64,000 nt of DNA from an uncultured Nitrospinota bacterium (GTDB lineage Bacteria > Tectomicrobia > Entotheonellia > J063 > CAVPRW01), in assembly GCA_963707985.1 (NCBI GenBank), contig CAVPRW010000013.1:1-64000 (forward strand). Direction: 5' to 3'. A model generated the notes under the pieces. The model was not told where the DNA came from and searched no databases. It saw only the letters and a list, made by a program, of their open reading frames with translations. This document shows, piece by piece, positions 41,571 to 52,200 of the stretch. The position numbers and the translations under genes were made by a program. Position 1 is the first letter of the stretch; the number at the start of each line of letters is the position of its first letter.

Positions 41571-41976
41571 CGCATCTCCTTTCAATGGAACTCATACAGA
41601 TACCGGGCTGATCGCCCTGATTGGATTGTTGCACGCCAATGGTCGGGACCTGCGGCAGGCCATTGTTGATGGCCGCCCTCCTTATGACAGGAACGCGGAC
41701 GCGGGGGGTGTATTCTACGCACAAGGTGCAAGGGCAGGACAGCAAAAAGGAAATGTGGAGGCGGGTCGTCTGTCCTGATGGCGTACAATGGCGGCTTCCG
41801 TCCCCCAACGCCGAAAAGGCGTATACCTCCGCATGTTGCAGATGAAACTATGCAAACCCATCTAGGCCATTCCCGGATACACCAAAATCGGTGGTTGCCT
41901 CTCGCTGGGGTATACTTTCCCTCTCGTAAGGGTCTGTCATCGTGGTCAACGCTGTTGTCGTACGAGGAGATGAGGC

Positions 41977-42300
41977 ATGTGCTTGCACCCGCAATCCCTA
42001 CCGTCGGTGCCAGAGGCCACGGCTGCCGCAGTGCACGCCGCCTTTCCCAAAGGCAACCTCTACGTGGCGCTCCGTACTGAGTTCGGCAGGCTCTATGATG
42101 ACCAGCTCTTCGCCGATCTCTATCCGCCTCATGGGCGTCCCGTGGAAATCCCCCCCCTGGCGCTTGGCGTTAGTCATGGTCATGCAGTATATCGAAGGGC
42201 TGACCGACCGACAGGCCGCCGACGCTGTCCGCCGTTGCATCGACTGGAAATTTGCGCTCAGCCTCGAATTGACCGACCCTGGTTTCGATTTCACCCTCCT
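41977..42300 (+). pseudogene. IS1182-family transposase N-terminal fragment
   Basis: VPEATAA...AAFPKGNLY..LR; PWRLALV..MQYIEGLTDRQAADAVR..IDWKFAL.LELTDPGFDF. Confidence 0.8.
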
Positions 42301-42496
42301 GCATCAACTCTTCCACCTGGCGAGAGCTCAAGGGATACGCCACATACCAACGCGCGCAGGTCAGGATGATGTCCTTCTCAACATGGGCCCCGTGAAGCTC
42401 ACCATGAGCGCTCCCTCGCTCGTGTTGTCTCCCGCCGGATATCAAGGACAGATCATAGCCGAAATTACGAGCAAAGGAAATTTGCGACAGAACCCT
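42295..42496 (-). mobile_element. IS6-family left end and transposase N-terminal fragment
   Basis: GGTTCTGTCGCAAA terminal repeat; GAHVEKDIILTCARWYVAYPLSSRQVEELMQE. Confidence 0.8.
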
Positions 42497-43888
42497 GAGA
42501 GCCCCGAAAGCCAAAAATCGTCAGGACGATGGTAGTGACCATGGCCATACCCGCTATCGGCACCGGGTCTCGCTCCCCCAGACCAAAGAAGATTAGCAGT
42601 AAGACCATCAGCCAAACAACCCCAATGGACAGCCTCACCCAGAAGAATTTGTTCTGCAGCATGTCAATGACCTCCCCCATAGCCCTGTGGTCTAGCCTCG
42701 TTGTCTTAGCACGCACCAGATGCGCAGGTTACCACCTTTCCCTCAATGCCGGTAGCACGTGTTCCTTCTTCCGGGGAGGGTGCTGGAGAAATGCGTGATG
42801 TCTATTTTCCCACAAGATTCTATTTACTGCTCGGCCATTTCTTGTTTGCCCTTGCCTGATCCACAAGTGCGTTATTCCCGAATGGCCAAAGTCGACTTGG
42901 CACGATTCCGCGCAAAGCTGAGGGGGGGTATTCATGCAGTAGAGCCGAAAGTAATGCGCCTGGTGATTTAAAGTGCGCATATGAATCATGGAAAGCTGCT
43001 ATAGAGGGAGAACACCCTTGAATCCATATACCAAAATGCCTCTGCGCAAGCTTGTCGAGAGTAGCTATCAACTCATCTTTGATTACATAAGCGCTTGAAA
43101 TTGTGATTACTTCAAAGGTGTACTGCTCTCGTCACCCCCAGACTACTTTTGTAATTCCCTCACAATCGTGCAGCTGGACCTTGCCTTCTCGTCTCTCAGC
43201 GAGCTGAGGTTCCATCCTGTCGCCTAGTGTTGTGTTTTTATTCCATGGCTCCCGGAGCCGCATGGCGGGCGATCATCATTGGGAATTCTCCGTCCATCAG
43301 CCAATCGGGACAGCTGGGATACATGACACGAAGCCAGACGTTGGTGCGAGTGTCATGGGATGTGGAGGGTTGGTCAACGAGAAACCGTCACGCGGGGGAA
43401 GTGACTGCTTGGCTCTCTCCGGTTCTTCGCACGGCCTGTGGGCCCTATCAGATGTTCTCGGGCTGTGCTCAGGCAGCGTGGGCTCTTAAGCATTTTTGGT
43501 GAGAGGGTGCAGTGGCGGAGGGTCTCGATGTATCATAGATGGTTATGAGCCAAGCACTTCGAACGTTTCTCACGAATCTCCTCCCACCTGCCCGCTCCGT
43601 GCACCTCACCAGTGTGACCGTGGAGCCGGCATGCGTATGCCTCCAGCTGACGACCACGAGGGTTCAGGGTGTGCCATTACTGGCGTGAGAAGTCCTGGGG
43701 GAAGATGCGTAGGAGCTGCATCCTAGCCATCTTAGCGTTTCTGCTCTTGCTTGGAGCACAGTCAGGTGTAGAGGAGATCGTATTAGAAGTAGACGTTTCC
43801 AGCCCACTCGAGGAGACAGACAATGTCCACTGCGAGACAATATCTCCTCCTGCTCAGTGGTAGATGCCTGCCTTCACCAAGGGTCACC

Positions 43889-45316
43889 ATGCGGGCCTTC
43901 TTTGTCGTCTGGCTTTACCTGATCCTTGGAACGCCCCTTGTGGCAAGCACAGGGCAAATCCCAGAAAGCTCTGGTGATCCCGTGGAAATTGTCCGGGAGT
44001 TTTACAATGCCATTGCACGGCGGGACTGTGCCAAGGCACGTGAGCTCAGCCCGAACTATCCACAGGAACGATGCCAGGCCCTCCAGGATATCGAGCTACG
44101 GAAGATTGCCCTGGTGGATGACGATGTGCAGCATCCTCGCGTCCACCTAGAGGTGGCCTATACGATCGAGGATGAGCAAGGACCACACCGGGAAGTCTTC
44201 ATCGGTTATATGGCCCTACGCGTGCAGCAGGACCAGTGGGTGATCGAGAGTGACGCCTACACGAGTGATCGGCGTCCTCGCGTCTCTCCGCCGCAGAGAT
44301 CCCAGATGGTAGTCGCTGATGCCCCGCAACCAGCTCCCGAGCTCTCCCCACAGCCTCTCTCCCGTGGTGACGACTTGAAAATTGGCTCCCAGGCAATCCT
44401 GACACGTTTGTGGACCCTGCAGCAACTGCAACACAATCCAAAGGAAGATCGACCCATTCAGCGTCTGCCCGTCCCCGATCAAATCCCTCCGAAGCGGCTC
44501 GCACCTGTGTGGACGCCCCTGTCACCTCCGTTGGCGGTGCACAGATCCATCCGCCGGGTCCAGGTCGCGTCCGATCGACAGCTCGTTGCCTTGACGTTTG
44601 ATCTCTGTGAACGAGAGGGTGAGGTCACGAGCTACGATGCGCCGATCGTGAATTATCTTCGGACAAAGCATGTCCCTGCGACCTTTTTTGCCGGTGGCAA
44701 GTGGCTGAGGAACCATCCGGAGCGGGCCCAACAGCTGATGGCGGATCCCCTCTTTGAAGTGGGGAACCACAGTTGGACCCATGGCAATCTCCGAGTGGTC
44801 AGGGACCCACAGCGCCTAGATGATCAGATCCTCTGGACGCAGGCGCAGTACGAACTGCTCTGGGACGATCTCGCTGCCAAAGCCCGCAAGGAAGGCTTCG
44901 ATGACGAGGAAATCACGAGAATTCCGCGTATCCCCCTGACCTTCCGATTTCCCTTTGGGACATGTAGCCCTGAGGCGTTAGGGGCTGTTGCGACCGCGGG
45001 ACTTCCCGCTATTCAATGGGATGTGGTGAGTGGCGATCCATCTAGGCATCGGATGGCCTCCCAGATGGTGGAGGCCGTCCTGCGTCAGGTGAAACCCGGC
45101 TCGATTGTCATTTTTCATGCCAATGGCCGTGGATATGGGACAGCTGAGGCGTTGCCTCGTATCATTGTGGCGCTGGGAGAGCGTGGCTTCCAATTCGTCA
45201 CGGTGAGTGCATTGCTCCAATTGGGTACTGCCGTTGCTGCCGACGAATGTTATGAACTGCGCCCTGGTGATAATCGGCGCTATGATAGGTTCATCAGAGA
45301 GGGCTACAGCAAATGA
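43889..45316 (+). CDS. Secreted polysaccharide deacetylase (NodB-type)
   Basis: VALTFD, ATFF..G.W, EVGNHSWTH, FRFPFG, WDVVSGD, PGSIVIFHAN. Confidence 0.88.
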   Translation: MRAFFVVWLYLILGTPLVASTGQIPESSGDPVEIVREFYNAIARRDCAKARELSPNYPQERCQALQDIELRKIALVDDDVQHPRVHLEVAYTIEDEQGPHREVFIGYMALRVQQDQWVIESDAYTSDRRPRVSPPQRSQMVVADAPQPAPELSPQPLSRGDDLKIGSQAILTRLWTLQQLQHNPKEDRPIQRLPVPDQIPPKRLAPVWTPLSPPLAVHRSIRRVQVASDRQLVALTFDLCEREGEVTSYDAPIVNYLRTKHVPATFFAGGKWLRNHPERAQQLMADPLFEVGNHSWTHGNLRVVRDPQRLDDQILWTQAQYELLWDDLAAKARKEGFDDEEITRIPRIPLTFRFPFGTCSPEALGAVATAGLPAIQWDVVSGDPSRHRMASQMVEAVLRQVKPGSIVIFHANGRGYGTAEALPRIIVALGERGFQFVTVSALLQLGTAVAADECYELRPGDNRRYDRFIREGYSK

Positions 45317-45812
45317 CAGACACCCCCCCTTGGCTGCACCACGATATCTTCTGGATGCCTGTGAACTTCGAGTCATGCACAACACAGCAGAGGCTCGCTA
45401 CCTGAGCCGCATACTGGCTGGCCTAGACCCCTGGCGCACCTTACGATATACCGCTGACGCCCTGGAGCGCTATTTGCTGCACCCGGATGCAGCCCTCTAT
45501 CGCTATACGGTTGTGTCCCAGGACAAGATGATCGGCGTGGTCTGTGTCCGCTATCCGTGGCTTCGAGGGGCCTACTTGGAGCTCATCGGCCTCGAGGCCG
45601 CCTACCAAGGGTTGGGGGTAGGGGGTGCGCTCCTCCGTTGGCTCGAGGAGCAAGCGCGGCTCGAGTCCGACAATGTGTGGGTCTTAGTCTCAGCCTTCAA
45701 TACGCGAGCCCGCATGTTCTACGCGCGGCATGGCTTCACAGAAATCGGTACCCTCAAAGATTTCGTCCAACCCGGCTACCATGAGATCCTGCTACGAAAG
45801 GTCTTACGATAA
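45313..45812 (+). CDS. GNAT acetyltransferase (start uncertain; possible C-run frameshift)
   Basis: YLELIGL..AYQGLGVG..LL; N.RARMFYARHGF. Confidence 0.8.
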
Positions 45813-46050
45813 GGCCCTAGACGAACATCTGAGCTATGAGCCGCAAACTATCTGCCAGGCATTGTCGACCAACGCGTTGTAGTCCTATGATTTGCTTAGG
45901 GCAGATACGCCGTAAAGGTGTCGCAGAGGGAATGGCGCGCTGCCATCAGAGCGGTGCGGAGAAGACCTTTCGGGTGGATCGCATTCGGGAATATTGGCTC
46001 GACGAGGAGGGATCGTCTCTCTTGAGCAAGAGACGAGAGGCTTCCGATGC

Positions 46051-46344
46051 TTAATCGCCAAATTTTTCATTCACCACGGCAAAGATGGCGGTCCCGATCG
46101 CAATGACCGCTAAGGTGGCCAGGGAACGATACCATACATCACTTTTGGTAAAATCCCAGATGGCCAGGATACTGACGAACACACTGCCGACGATGCAGAT
46201 GGAAATGGTCATAAATGAGAAGAGCTTGATGGTCCGTGGATTCAGAAATCCCTTGGGTCGATTCTCCCGTGTGGCGATTTCGCTGGGGTGATGCTCTGGC
46301 TCTTGCAGCACGGGTTCGCGATGCTCCTCTTGGTGTTCGGTCAT
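46051..46344 (-). CDS. Small two-TM membrane protein
   Basis: Two hydrophobic segments; AAGGA RBS. Confidence 0.6.
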   Translation of the reverse strand: MTEHQEEHREPVLQEPEHHPSEIATRENRPKGFLNPRTIKLFSFMTISICIVGSVFVSILAIWDFTKSDVWYRSLATLAVIAIGTAIFAVVNEKFGD

Positions 46345-46844
46345 GTCCTGGCCATCCTTTGCGGGCGGTGACGTGCTGGCGTTGCGTTCGGCTTTCAGTG
46401 CTTCGACGTCACGGTAACGCAGGCAACCGCGAAAGTAAAGCCACGCACCACGGCACGTGCAGCGTCTGATCGTCGTTAGTCCGTGCAGCTAGGGAAGAGA
46501 CCACACGGCGCTGACGGAGGACTGTGCGAGAACACTCGTTGATACCAGGTGGTGAGTATAGGTGGCAACGATGTCTCGGAAAATCTCCCGTTCTTGCTAG
46601 AAGCCGCCCTGTCGGTGGCAGAAGTGTTGGGAGGCGAGGACGCACTGGACGAACATCACCTAAGAGTTCAGACGATCTTCGGGGATGGCGCGATCATTCA
46701 ACGCGTGTGTCGCCTCCAGTAGGCGCGCTCCACCAATGCCTGCTGGCGGGGGGGTTGCATGTCCATAGGGTTGGTTCTCTTGGCCGTGTGGTGATCGGAC
46801 AGACATCACGGAGACAGGATGTCTCGTCTCACACGGCACCCTCA

Positions 46845-47198
46845 TCACCCTCCATGGCTGCCCAGTGGCCGCGCCGTTGGATGCCGCGCGCTTGCCTGGA
46901 GACGGACCACCGGGGAGGTCACCAGGTGCTCGTCCCAGAATCGCGGCTGCGTGTCCTCGTGGATATTCACCGGCTCGCCGTCACCGATCCATACGAAGAT
47001 GACCTGATGCTGTTCGAACGTGAGGTAGGATTTCAGGCCCACCTTGCCGATCAGGGCGCTGTTCGCCTCGCTGAGGATCTCGACCAGCTTGCCATCGCGC
47101 CAGTCGTAGGTGAAGCCGTGAAACCAGCAGGTAAGGGTGTGCTCGGTGTAACATTCGGGGCGCACGGAGAAAGGGACACCGCAATCCGCGTGTACCAA
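46845..47198 (-). pseudogene. Rieske aromatic dioxygenase alpha-subunit fragment
   Basis: TLTCWFHGFTYDWRDG...VIFVWIGDGEP; first Rieske motif missing. Confidence 0.7.
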
Positions 47199-47214
47199 TG
47201 TTGGGTGGTTCGAT

Positions 47215-49293
47215 TTAGATGGCGGTCAAAAGCGCCGCGCGCTGCTTTGCCCGGGTTAAGGCCACGTAGATGAGTTGCGGGGCTACCTCTCTTCTGTCCC
47301 CCTTCCCGACCGTCGTCCTCGTCACGATGACGTTCTGGAACTCCAACCCTTTCGCCCGGTGCATCGTGGCGAAGAGCAGACAGTTGTCCTCGGCTTTGAC
47401 GCGTGTGTCCGCTTCGATCGACTCGACCTTATACCCGGCTGAGCGCAGGGCAGACATCAGCTGATCGCGCGCGGCCCTCGACTCCGCCATGATACACGTC
47501 GCACCCAGATCCGCCGCATCTGGCACTACCCCCCAGTCAGCCAGAATGGCCTTGACCCGTGTGACCAGGTCTTCCCGGAAAGCACACGACTCCATGATGG
47601 GTGCCGGGCCATGGGAGAGCGATTTGTAGCGCGAATTGTCGTCCGCCCCGTCGTTGAGGTCATCTACCTCTAGGCCCTCCAACAGGGCCACGGCTTGACG
47701 ACGAATCTCGTCGGTGGTGCGGTAGTTGATATACAGCTTGCGGCCCCGGCCACGTATGTCGATACCGCTGCGACCCATCCCCGCCTTATTGCGGTCGTAG
47801 ATGCGCTGGTGCCCATCACCGACGAAGAACAGGTCATTCTTGCCCGGCTCGATCAAGGCCCGGAGCAGACGCAACGCCTGGGGGCCGAAGTCCTGGGTTT
47901 CATCGACGACAATGGCTGAGTACGGATAATGCCTGTCCTTGGCGATGAGCTGCGCCGCATCGCGGTAGGCATCATCGACCTCCTTCAGACGACGGCTCGC
48001 CAGCTGGGCCCGGTACTCTTCGAATACCGGCCAGACCGCATCGCGCTTCGCCCGGGTCAGCATCACGCCCCGCCCCACCCGCCGCGCCGCGCGGTAGGCG
48101 TCAAGCGTTGCCACGCCCTGGGCGAGTACCACCTGCTCCAGTTCGGCGGCATAAAACTCGTCGTCGAGCCCGAGGGATGCGTCCTTGACCGCCAGCGCCA
48201 GGCTCCAGCACTCGGCCGCTTCGTTCTGCCGCCCATAGACAATGGTCTGTTCATAGCGCTTGCTGCGCAGGAAGCGTAGCACCCAGGCATCCAGGTTGCG
48301 CACTTCGATACGGCTCATGACGTCCCGCGCGCACAGCGTGTTGAGGTTCGTTTCGATATCGATGGCAAGGTTGCGGGTGAAGGTGGTGACCAGCACTTTC
48401 TTATCAGGAGGGGTCGCATGTTCTGCCAGCCATTTCGCCCGGTGCATGGCCAGGACCGTCTTGCCGGTGCCAGCACCGCCGAGCACACGGACTGGCCCCG
48501 AGCGCTCACCGATCGCCAGTTTCTTCTGGATGGGGTGCAGGAACACCCGCCACTGGGCCAATGGCGCGTTCATGATGGCGGTCAAGGCCTCGTCGTTGTC
48601 CACCACGACGAAGCGGGACTGCGATTCGGCGGTTTCGACGGAGCTGGCAAAGTCCTCGGTGTCGATCGGGCGATCCACCTGGGTTTCGCGTGCGGATAAC
48701 ACCTGGCTCACGGTGTCCCCGGCCGCCACCAGGAAGAGTCCTTCATAGGCCTCGATAGGCAACGCCTGTTGCAGGGCATCGAGTTCCGCTTCAGAGGTGA
48801 TCTGTCGCACCCGGGCTAGCAGGTCTGCGGGCGTGCCGAGGCTCAGAAGGTCGGTGTCGGACAGGCCGCCGAACAATGGTTGACGCTCGACCGTGTCGCT
48901 GAGCGCCGGCCGCGTCGCAGTCGCTGCTGGCTGTGGCGGCGCTTGGACCTCCTCCAGCAGCACCACCTGCATGGCGCCGGTGACCGGGTTGATGGCCAGC
49001 TTGCGTTGCGCGGCCCAACGATAGGCCTGATCGTGGTGATCCACGTACAACAAAATATAGAGATCACTGCGGGGCGGCACGAAGACGATACCCCGCCAGT
49101 CTCCATCGATACGAACAGACTTCAAGTTCGCATCCCTGGCAGCTCGGATCGTTTCGTAGTTGAAGCCGCTGGCGGTGGGATCGGTCTGGAAGCGGATGGC
49201 CCATTTCAGTACCTTCCCCTGCACCGCGGCTGGGAGCCTGGCCAGGTTCAGTAAAAAATCTTGGGAGAGGGCGACTTTTGGCTTGAGGCTCAT
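47215..49293 (-). CDS. UvrD-like SF1 helicase with N-terminal RelE-like segment
   Basis: WRVFLHPIQ, GGAGTGKT, VVDETQD, GDGHQRIY, NYRTT, TMHRAKGLEF, YVALTRA; ATGA-coupled to the upstream helicase. Confidence 0.9.
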   Translation of the reverse strand: MSLKPKVALSQDFLLNLARLPAAVQGKVLKWAIRFQTDPTASGFNYETIRAARDANLKSVRIDGDWRGIVFVPPRSDLYILLYVDHHDQAYRWAAQRKLAINPVTGAMQVVLLEEVQAPPQPAATATRPALSDTVERQPLFGGLSDTDLLSLGTPADLLARVRQITSEAELDALQQALPIEAYEGLFLVAAGDTVSQVLSARETQVDRPIDTEDFASSVETAESQSRFVVVDNDEALTAIMNAPLAQWRVFLHPIQKKLAIGERSGPVRVLGGAGTGKTVLAMHRAKWLAEHATPPDKKVLVTTFTRNLAIDIETNLNTLCARDVMSRIEVRNLDAWVLRFLRSKRYEQTIVYGRQNEAAECWSLALAVKDASLGLDDEFYAAELEQVVLAQGVATLDAYRAARRVGRGVMLTRAKRDAVWPVFEEYRAQLASRRLKEVDDAYRDAAQLIAKDRHYPYSAIVVDETQDFGPQALRLLRALIEPGKNDLFFVGDGHQRIYDRNKAGMGRSGIDIRGRGRKLYINYRTTDEIRRQAVALLEGLEVDDLNDGADDNSRYKSLSHGPAPIMESCAFREDLVTRVKAILADWGVVPDAADLGATCIMAESRAARDQLMSALRSAGYKVESIEADTRVKAEDNCLLFATMHRAKGLEFQNVIVTRTTVGKGDRREVAPQLIYVALTRAKQRAALLTAI

Positions 49294-52200
49294 CGGTGTG
49301 CTCCCGCCGTATCGAGCTTCTGTTGCACGGCGACTTCCCAGCCCTCCTGGACCAGCACCGTGGTCCAACCCTGCGCCTGCCAGATGGACGCGGACTCCAC
49401 CTGTGCCTCGGTCAGCACGACCACCTGGGCGGCCAGCCAGGCGGCCTCGGCTTCGGCATCGACCTCACCACGATCGTCGGCGTGCTCATATCCCACCTCG
49501 TCGGGTGGCGGTACATCGGCCTCCATGAGCGTTTGCATGCCAGCTTTGACCTCCGGCAGCACCCCGTTGAGCACGGTGGCCCAGGCCTGCGACGTCGCGT
49601 CGGTGAGATGCGTCCCCGCCGCGCGCGTCACTGCCAGCGTGATGTTCTCATAGTCGTCGTGTTGCAAGCCCTCCGTCGTGGCCAGCAGCACACCCGTCAG
49701 GGTCTGGAAGGTGTTGTACAGATGCAACCAGCGCCGCCAGCGAGTGTGCCGGGTGGCCTCGTCGGCAGGCTCCTCATCGTTGAGGACAAGGACGCCAGGG
49801 GCCTGCAGGCTCGGGTGCTGTGCCCGTGTACGAAGGCCGCTGGCCAACGGCAATACATGGCCGGCTCTGTACCATCCCGGCTGCACGAGATGGCATGGGG
49901 TTCCGAGACTTCCTGCGCCCAGCCTGGCAGCCGCTGCCACACGTCGCGCAGCCTAGTCTCTGCTCGGGCCGCGTCCGGTGAGCCCGGAGGCGCCACCATC
50001 AAGAAGGTGGCCCAGATGGCGTTCTTACGTGGCTGATCCATGGCCGGGTCCGCAGCATCGGCATCTGGCTTGCTCAACAGCGTCAACAACTGGGCCACGG
50101 CGTGGCGAGCGTAGGCCTGCGGCTCGGCCCTGGGGAGAGACGGCGGGGCCCACTCGCCAGCGTGATAGTTCATCGAGGTGAGCGGAGATTCCAGATCGGT
50201 GCTGAGCTCGCCGTCCAGGGCCGCCTTGACGTCGTCGCTGGTCACCGACCACACCCAGAAGCGCCCGCTGGCGACCAGGGCGCTACGCTTCTGCGCGTCC
50301 TCGCGTACCGATATCTCTGTGGTACGTCCAGCCGTCGCAGAACACCGCCATGGGACGACGGGATGACGACACCTTGCCCGGCCAGATGACGAAATCCGGC
50401 TTGCAGGCCACGCTGACGCCATCCGTGTCAGTCAGTTCGACCTGCGGCTCGATCCAGTAGCGCTGGCTGGCTACTTCCAGCAGGTATCCGGACTTGCCGT
50501 TGACGATGTCCTGCACCAGCTTGACCGTGGGCAGGCCCTCGCATCCGCTCAGGTGCCGCAGCGCCTCGATAAAGCGGGCCTCCAGCGCCGAATCGAAGTT
50601 GGGATTGATGAAGATGTCCGAAATCGTCGGCACCCGTTCTAACTGGTCTGTGGCGCTGACCAGCTCCGTGAGCACCTCTCGAGCCCGGTCGCGGGAGACC
50701 TGCTCCATGGCGCGCCCCTGCCGGTACTGGTACACACAGCGGTAGCAGCCGTCTTTCTCCGGGTCGAGGTTGCACGGGCAGCGCGTGATCGCCTCCAGAG
50801 CCTGCTTGAACACGTCGACCAGGGTCGTGGCGTCTTGGGCCAGCAGCTGGTGCAAATAGCCGGTGCCGCCGGGGACGGAGTCGTACAGCAGCACATAGGC
50901 GCGGCGTGGCCCGCCATCCCGGCCTGGCTCCTCCTGCGTGCCGATGCGCAGATGGTCCACCTTGCCGCCAAAGCGCTGCTTCAGGCCCAGTTGCAGCGCG
51001 GCGATGAAGGACTGCACGACTTCTTCATCGACCCCATGGGTGGTGTAGGGCACCAGGATGCGCAATGCCTCGGAGGAGAACTCCCGGTACAGATAGAGGC
51101 AGTCGACGATGCTCGCGGCATCGTGCGCATCGCGTTTGTCGCAGTCAAAGGCGTGCGCCTGCTCGGGCTCGCCGTCATCGGAGTGCCGAGGGGCCCCCTG
51201 CACCTTGCCGCAGTGCCGGCAGAGCCTGAACCCAGGGCGCGGGCTTTCCCGGTTGGCGACTTTGAAGTCCACCCCGGGCTTCCCCAGCTCACCAAAATTC
51301 ACGTCACGGAAGGTCGCCTTGGCGATGAACTCAAAGCCAAACGGCAGATCCCTGGCCTTGAGCTGCCAGGCCTCCCGCACATCCGCGGCCTCGAAATCGA
51401 CCAGCAGCTGGCGCAGGTAGAAGCGTGGCTCGCGGTCCTCGGCACTGTCGTCGATGCGCACCCTGGTGTCATCGCTATTGGCGATCGCCTGCCGGAAGCG
51501 CAGCAACTCACGGCGCTGCGCCTGATCGGCCCACATCGGGTCACCACAGCGTGGGCAGGCGACATGCGCATCGGGCTGCAGCATGAGGTTCTGCATGTGG
51601 TGGCACGACGGGCACAGGCGCCAGGTCTCGAGGCTCGCCAGCGCCATGTTGATCTGATCGATCTCGACCCGGCGCTGGTTGGCGTAGAAGCGGTTTTCGG
51701 GGGCAAACTCCGACAGCGCTGAGGCGGCCGGCCGTTCGTATTTGAACGCCGGCAGCGCAATGTAGCGGCCCTCCCCACGGTCTTCAGCGGTACGCCGTCG
51801 CCAGAGCACGGATTTGAGCTCGATACCGGCCTCCGGGAAGGCGTAGTTGGGGATCAGTCCACCGTTATCGGTGAGCGTGCGCAGCAGCTCGCGCCGGTTG
51901 AGCTCGCTGATCAGCGTCAGGGCGCTCTGGCGCTCCCGCTGCAGGCTGTCGATCTCGTGCTGCGTGGCTTCGTCTTGCGGCCTGGCTTTCAGGGTGTCGA
52001 TCTGTTTCTTGAGTTGCAGGGCGCGCTTCCGGTACGCCTCCCGTTCTTTCAACAGTTCTTCGAGGACCTTGGAGAGCCGTACCCGCAGGCTGTCGACCTC
52101 GTCGGTGCCGCGCATGAAGTCGCGTAACCGCTGCTGCGTCTGGGCGTCGAGATCCGCGCCCAGCAGGTCGAGAAAAGCCTGGAGCAACTCCGGCTCGTGG

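Noticed and set aside
45900..46010. WYL-like peptide CHQSGAEKTFRVDRI
   Set aside because: Too short, with no credible start; at most a remnant.
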